A DNA stretch of 21,506 nucleotides from an uncultured archaeon (GTDB lineage: Archaea; Asgardarchaeota; Thorarchaeia; Thorarchaeales; Thorarchaeaceae), in assembly GCA_964458565.1 (NCBI GenBank), contig CAYWJO010000002.1, positions 216,822 to 238,327 of the forward strand, given 5' to 3'. This document shows, piece after piece, positions 16,841-21,506 of the stretch. Positions within the stretch are counted from its first letter, which is position 1. Every line of letters begins with the position of its first letter. The position numbers and the translations under genes are program-made. The notes under the pieces were generated by a model. That model made no database searches, was not told the DNA's origin, and saw only the letters and a program-made list of their open reading frames with translations.

Positions 16841-17764
16841 CTATTTTGTATGATTACTGAAGAAGTACCATATCAATTCACTAGCTTCAAGTGCTTTTAG
16901 AGGATCAGTTGGTTCGCCAGGCCAAACATGTATTCCACTTAAAATGACGCATGCTAGTACATCAGACCTAGTATTTTCTCCAGCATACCTGGTTATTACC
17001 AATGATCCAGCTGTATAATTATCAACAAGGACTGCATTGTTTGCTCTAGTCCAGAAGGAGATCGAATCATTAAATGATAAATCAATACGTGACCCTGCGG
17101 CTAGAATTGCATGCCCTCCTTCAAATGCTACATGTGTATCAGCAGTGCCATGTACAAGAAGGACTGGTAAACGTGCTATAGGTTGTGGAGGCAAATAAAG
17201 CTCAGAATTTCTAGATTCATATCCACCAATCGACCCTGCTACTGGAGCTATCGCTGCAAAAATTTCTGACATCTCTGCTCCTAATCGGTGAGTAAGAATT
17301 GCTCCATTTGACATTCCCGTAGCATATATCCTACTGCTATTAATAGAGTAACTTTCATTCAGATTATTGAGAAGCTGCCGAATGAACTCTACATCATCAA
17401 TATTCTCTTCCAATGCGTATTCGCAACAATATCCTCCGTTCCATGTTAGGAAATAATAGTCTAATCTACCATTCCCATTTGGGTAACAAACAATGAATTC
17501 CTCACGATTTGCAATCTTTGTTAGTCCTGACCTAGCTTCAAACCCTTTTGCATTTCCTCCGCCCCCATGAAATCCTAGAACAAGGGGATACGCCTTACTC
17601 TCTGTGTAATTATCTGGTAATCTTACAATAAACGAGCGAATCCTTCCATCAACTACTATTTTTTGATAATCACTCGAGGTGTAATTGTATGTAGTTATTG
17701 TTGTAATAGATAGTGACAATATAATTAGAATAATAGAAAGTAAGATTGTACGATTTCTTGTCAA
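16841..17764 (-). CDS. Secreted LpqC / PHB-depolymerase-family alpha/beta hydrolase
   Basis: PLVLGFHGGGG; YPNG; WNGGYCC; DDVEFI; nucleophile GMSNG; HGTAD; HVWPG. Its TTG start overlaps the upstream TGA by 4 nt. Confidence 0.9.
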   Translation of the reverse strand: MTRNRTILLSIILIILSLSITTITTYNYTSSDYQKIVVDGRIRSFIVRLPDNYTESKAYPLVLGFHGGGGNAKGFEARSGLTKIANREEFIVCYPNGNGRLDYYFLTWNGGYCCEYALEENIDDVEFIRQLLNNLNESYSINSSRIYATGMSNGAILTHRLGAEMSEIFAAIAPVAGSIGGYESRNSELYLPPQPIARLPVLLVHGTADTHVAFEGGHAILAAGSRIDLSFNDSISFWTRANNAVLVDNYTAGSLVITRYAGENTRSDVLACVILSGIHVWPGEPTDPLKALEASELIWYFFSNHTK

Positions 17765-19299
17765 ACTTTCTCCCCTCGCTTCTTTAGAAGTGCATCAACT
17801 CTAAACTCTAGCGTTGGCTGTCCAGGTGATGCAGAATGATTACTTTCTAATAGCCATCTCAAAGAATCCAGAAGGTCATGGTATTGATTGTAAATTTGAC
17901 TATCGCACCGTTCGTATGCAATGTCCTTTCTCCTCCTCAGAAATATTATCATGATACCATAGACAACAATGTATGTTATGATAACAAGGAGAACCGATAG
18001 GTCGCCGCCAAGAACAAAGAGATCCGCTCTGACATATCCATAGATAGCTAATGCCCCAGTAACTAACCCAATCTGTAACAGCCCTCCAGATGCTACGAAC
18101 GAGTAATCTCGAAATTTATTTGCAATACAAGCTTGTGACAGGATAAATGCAACCAATTTATTGTGTGAGTCTAAATTCCTACATACTGATGCAGGTAATT
18201 CGTAATATCCCCCGATGAAAAGGCTCCCTTTCCTATCAAACACCTGAATATCCTTGCCCTTCGTTTGATTTACAGTGATACTGTCAGATTCAACTATCTT
18301 TCTTAAAATATCTTGAACCTCTTGTAGGATGTTTGAGGTATATCTGAAACGACTCCTAGAATAGAATGCAAATAGACGTGACAATGGCATTAAATTGAAC
18401 ATAGAAACAGTAACTATCATGACTGTTATGATGAAAGACACTGTATAGTGTTCCAGTGGTTGAGGGGAAACCAACCAAGGGGCAGTTTCCCAGACCAAGA
18501 TAAAGATGCAAAGTGTAACAAGTGTGTTTAGAATACTCAGAAGGAATGAAGCGCTCGCTCGCTGGTGCGAAACCTCTTGTGTAGACGCATACCCTCCAAA
18601 AATTGATGCATGTACATGTCCAGGATCTAATCCAAAAACGGTTCTGATTCTTTCTCTTTCTCTCTTCTTCAACGATAATTCTACGCCAAGAAAAATAATC
18701 AGCAAGCCAAATGAAACGAGTGCAGGAATTGAAAATATCCATTGAGATATCGTGCTTAATACATCAACCTGTGGTAATCCAAAAAAGAAACTTAATCCAA
18801 AGAGAAGTGAATAGAACACGTGTTTGATTATTGGGTGTACTGTCCTTTCATTACTCATCTGCCATGCTATAAGTATCTCACCCATTTCAGGACTATTCAG
18901 AATATCTTCCATTGCTGATTTTGATATTGCAATTGTAATCTTTCTAATTCCTACGAGCACATGCATGGAGATGTAATCTTCTTCTCCAATCCATATGTCT
19001 GGAGTTGGTCGAATCATCTCTCGTTTTGAGATCTGTTCCACCATTTGATAGAAAGGCCCATCGTTCAATTCATGATGTGAATAAAGAACTCTCTTCAAAA
19101 TGTGGATTGCCAGTGGAATAAAGAAACCAATAGACATCACAAGGAGAATCATGATTACAGTAGTTTCTTCTTGTGTTTCAGGAGAAAATGTCCCTATTAG
19201 AACTCCTATTAAAACTACCAAGGCTATCCAGAGATATGGCAATAATATTGAATTATTCTTTTCAAATCTCGGGTGATATCTCTCGATTATAGGGCTCAT
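17761..19299 (-). CDS. Multi-pass membrane protein with two degenerate M48/HtpX-like units lacking HExxH
   Basis: About 8 TM segments; HtpX-like segments FYQMVEQISK...PDIWI...IAISKS...EILIAWQMSN and YERCD...LLDSL...QPTLEFRVDAL. Confidence 0.6.
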   Translation of the reverse strand: MSPIIERYHPRFEKNNSILLPYLWIALVVLIGVLIGTFSPETQEETTVIMILLVMSIGFFIPLAIHILKRVLYSHHELNDGPFYQMVEQISKREMIRPTPDIWIGEEDYISMHVLVGIRKITIAISKSAMEDILNSPEMGEILIAWQMSNERTVHPIIKHVFYSLLFGLSFFFGLPQVDVLSTISQWIFSIPALVSFGLLIIFLGVELSLKKRERERIRTVFGLDPGHVHASIFGGYASTQEVSHQRASASFLLSILNTLVTLCIFILVWETAPWLVSPQPLEHYTVSFIITVMIVTVSMFNLMPLSRLFAFYSRSRFRYTSNILQEVQDILRKIVESDSITVNQTKGKDIQVFDRKGSLFIGGYYELPASVCRNLDSHNKLVAFILSQACIANKFRDYSFVASGGLLQIGLVTGALAIYGYVRADLFVLGGDLSVLLVIITYIVVYGIMIIFLRRRKDIAYERCDSQIYNQYHDLLDSLRWLLESNHSASPGQPTLEFRVDALLKKRGEKV

Positions 19300-19342
19300 T
19301 ACAATACAACACTAAACTAGGAGTTGCTGGATTTAAAAAAGT

Positions 19343-19807
19343 CTATTCCACTCTCAAAATCTTGATTGCGGCATCATCGTGAGGGTAGAATGCTGATAGT
19401 CTTATTTCCTCATCAAACCCAAGAGATTCATAAAATTGTCTGGCGGTTTCATTTTGATTCTCCATAAACAGATAAACAATCCTTAACATAGAACCTGATT
19501 CAGAAAATACTAATCTTGCCATCTCTAGCATCTGGATAACTAGTCCTGAACCTACACCTTTCCTTCTATATTTTTCAGTGACTCCCATGGCAACGAGTTC
19601 AATAACTCCATCATCAAGTCCTCCTCGAATCTCCCATGATAAGGTCCCACAAATCTCGCTATCGGATATATTCAGAATCGTATTATATCTCTGAATCAAG
19701 TCATCTGCGAATTGTTGCGCTTGAACCTGATTCTCTTCAATCTCATGATAATACATCTCGACTAGAATATCCCTGTCTTCCTCAGTTGCAATTTTGAAAG
19801 AATGCAT
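19343..19807 (-). CDS. GNAT family N-acetyltransferase
   Basis: Motif A VTEKYRRKGVGSGL; motif B NETARQFYESLGF. Confidence 0.93.
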   Translation of the reverse strand: MHSFKIATEEDRDILVEMYYHEIEENQVQAQQFADDLIQRYNTILNISDSEICGTLSWEIRGGLDDGVIELVAMGVTEKYRRKGVGSGLVIQMLEMARLVFSESGSMLRIVYLFMENQNETARQFYESLGFDEEIRLSAFYPHDDAAIKILRVE

Positions 19808-19852
19808 GACTGTGAAATTAACTAACTCTAATATGAATGTACAGAAAGCGGT

Positions 19853-19897
19853 GACTGAGGAGCATGAATCGGGCCAGAAATCACATGTTCCTCAGTC
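19853..19897. other. 14-bp inverted repeat between iscU and the GNAT gene
   Basis: GACTGAGGAGCATG / CATGTTCCTCAGTC, 13/14 complementary, with a 17-nt loop. Confidence 0.6.
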
Positions 19898-19925
19898 GGT
19901 GTGTGAGTTCATTGAAGAATGATGA

Positions 19926-20705
19926 TCAGTCAATTATAACTACGGCATCAACAAAGAGTTCGTAATCCTCCTCTTCGTCGAGGTTTCGAATCAATGCTTT
20001 TTCTACTTCAATTTCGCCACGAATTTCTAGTAAGCGGGATTGATAGAGCACTTTGACTGATGACATTTCTAGCTCTTTTGACAACTCTTTTGTTGTCAGA
20101 ATCTCTTCAGCGGCAGTGAGAAGAATGACTCGATCCGTCTGCGAAGTTAACTCTAAAGCAGTGTCAACTGACTCATCGCCTGTGTGGACAACTAACACGC
20201 GCAAACCTTGGAAATCTTCTGCATCCTCTACAGATGTATAGAATCCCTTGTCAAGAAACTTCTCTTTTCCAACATAACACTCTGGTTCTGGGATTTCTTC
20301 CTCCTTCTCCTCCTCTATGACATCTCCACGAGCAATCCTATAATTCTTGATTGCTTCATGAAGTGCATCCGCTGCAAGGTTGGAGCAATGCATCTTGATT
20401 GGAGGGAGTCCGTCTAGCTCGGTTGCAACATCTTCTCGGGTAATCTTCATTGCATCCTCAAGCTTCATTCCGATGACCATTTCAGTGGTCATACTGCTTG
20501 TTGCGATGGCTGAACCGCATCCAAATGTCCGAAACTTTGCGTCAACAATCACGTCATCTTCGACTTTGATGAAGACTTCCATTAAATCGCCGCAGGTGGG
20601 ATTTCCTACCTTACCCGCAGCTACATCATCTCCTTCTAGAACTCCAACATTTCTTGGGTTTCTAAAATGTTCTAATACTTTTTCTGAATAACTTGTGGAT
20701 TTCAT
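19926..20705 (-). CDS. iscU: Fe-S scaffold IscU/NifU-N (MisU-type) fused to a degenerate thioredoxin-reductase NAD(P)H-domain-like module
   Basis: YSEKVLEHFRNPRNVG; NPTCGD; FGCGSAIA; LPPIKMHCS (aa 1-125); then an acidic linker and GKEKFLDKG...FQGLRVLVVHTGDESVDTALEL...EIRG..VE...ELFVDAVVI. Confidence 0.93.
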   Translation of the reverse strand: MKSTSYSEKVLEHFRNPRNVGVLEGDDVAAGKVGNPTCGDLMEVFIKVEDDVIVDAKFRTFGCGSAIATSSMTTEMVIGMKLEDAMKITREDVATELDGLPPIKMHCSNLAADALHEAIKNYRIARGDVIEEEKEEEIPEPECYVGKEKFLDKGFYTSVEDAEDFQGLRVLVVHTGDESVDTALELTSQTDRVILLTAAEEILTTKELSKELEMSSVKVLYQSRLLEIRGEIEVEKALIRNLDEEEDYELFVDAVVIID

Positions 20706-21506
20706 TTAACTCAACACCTTTCTTTTTGGTTTGTATATGGGTGACATCTCTCTAAGTTTTGATACAATCTCTGGTGTCGCGGTAAGAACACGATCAATGT
20801 CACTCTGTTCTGTGAATCTTCCTACGGTCAATTGCATTGAGCCATGCGCCTCTTCATGCACCAAACCGGTTGCAATCAAGGTATGAGATGGTTCTAGGGT
20901 CTTTGAGGTACAAGCTGAACCTGTTGAAATGGCAATCTGTTTGTCCTTGAAAGAAAGAAGTAATGCTTCACCTTCAAGACCTTCAAATCGGACATGAACG
21001 TTACTTGGTAGGCGCTCTGTTGGATGTCCATTTAGGTATGTGTCAGGGATTGTATCTAGTAATGTGGATATGAGCAAATCTCGATACTTTTTGAATCGTT
21101 TCACTTCCTCATCCATTTCGCTCCTAAGAATCTCCGAAGCTACTTTCATCCCCACAATTCCGGGGATATTCTCACTTCCTGAACGGAGACCGTTTTCCTG
21201 ACCACCACCAATCGACAGTGGGTTTATTCGGTATTTCTTCCGCATGTAGAGCGCACCAACACCCCTTGGTCCATAAAGATCGTTTGATGATAATGCCATC
21301 AGATGTATTCCATCTCTTTTCACATCGATTGGAATTAACCCTTCAGCAGCAACAGCATCACTATGTAAAGCGATTCCACGTTCCTCGGCTAACTTTCCTA
21401 TCTCCTTCATTGGCTGAATTGTACCGATCTCATTACTAGCATAGCCTATGGACATCAGAATTGTATCGTCTCTGATTCTTTGTTCCAGTTTGCGTAGCAC
21501 GATTCT
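20706..21506 (-). CDS. iscS: Cysteine desulfurase-like protein (IscS/NifS group I, MisS-type), 5'-truncated by window edge; PLP Lys replaced by Asp
   Basis: SNEIGTIQP; LHSDAV; SSNDLYGPRGVGALY; GGGQENGLRSGSEN; STGSACTS; LEPSH; LREMSP. Its TAA stop directly abuts the iscU ATG. Confidence 0.95.
   Translation of the reverse strand, partial: RIVLRKLEQRIRDDTILMSIGYASNEIGTIQPMKEIGKLAEERGIALHSDAVAAEGLIPIDVKRDGIHLMALSSNDLYGPRGVGALYMRKKYRINPLSIGGGQENGLRSGSENIPGIVGMKVASEILRSEMDEEVKRFKKYRDLLISTLLDTIPDTYLNGHPTERLPSNVHVRFEGLEGEALLLSFKDKQIAISTGSACTSKTLEPSHTLIATGLVHEEAHGSMQLTVGRFTEQSDIDRVLTATPEIVSKLREMSPIYKPKRKVLS

Noticed and set aside
19850-19928. Selenocysteine read-through of the iscU TGA using the downstream hairpin
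   Set aside because: The TGA falls at the natural domain end, the extension is short and featureless, and the hairpin lacks a clear SECIS core.
163-21439. Numerous 60-130 aa ORFs antisense or out-of-frame within the long genes (e.g. 163..414, 2506..2715, 5408..5650, 12495..12752, 18356..18742, 20380..20691)
   Set aside because: These are shadow ORFs of well-supported genes, with no motifs or RBS.

Overview
This is an archaeal chromosomal segment, probably from an Asgard archaeon and most like Thorarchaeota. That placement is inferred from gene content: tandem NosD-type beta-helix surface proteins, Thr-rich linker + C-terminal TM anchors, small wHTH paralogues and AGGTG/GGAGG ribosome-binding sites. 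In order, the window holds the 3' part of class III ribonucleotide reductase (nrdD), a small membrane protein, and a 1422-aa surface protein (two FG-GAP/PQQ-like propellers + 4 FN3). Next come several small hypothetical/flavoprotein genes, two beta-helix surface proteins, a secreted MBL hydrolase, an AlkA-type glycosylase and two wHTH regulators. It ends with a minus-strand run: nuclease-like protein, LpqC esterase, degenerate M48-like membrane protein, GNAT, iscU-fusion and iscS-like. I found no rRNA, tRNA, CRISPR array, transposase or integrase. The most notable items are: (1) an Fe-S assembly pair in which IscS lacks the PLP lysine (K->D, as in Archaeoglobus fulgidus IscS) and IscU is fused to a degenerate, acidic thioredoxin-reductase-like domain; (2) two separate 33-36 nt near-identical copies of upstream coding sequence stranded in intergenic DNA, one of them a duplicate of the nrdD 3' end bracketing a ~1 kb islet; (3) an unannotated minus-strand frame ending in a PCNA-binding (PIP)-like motif whose stop overlaps the nrdD stop.
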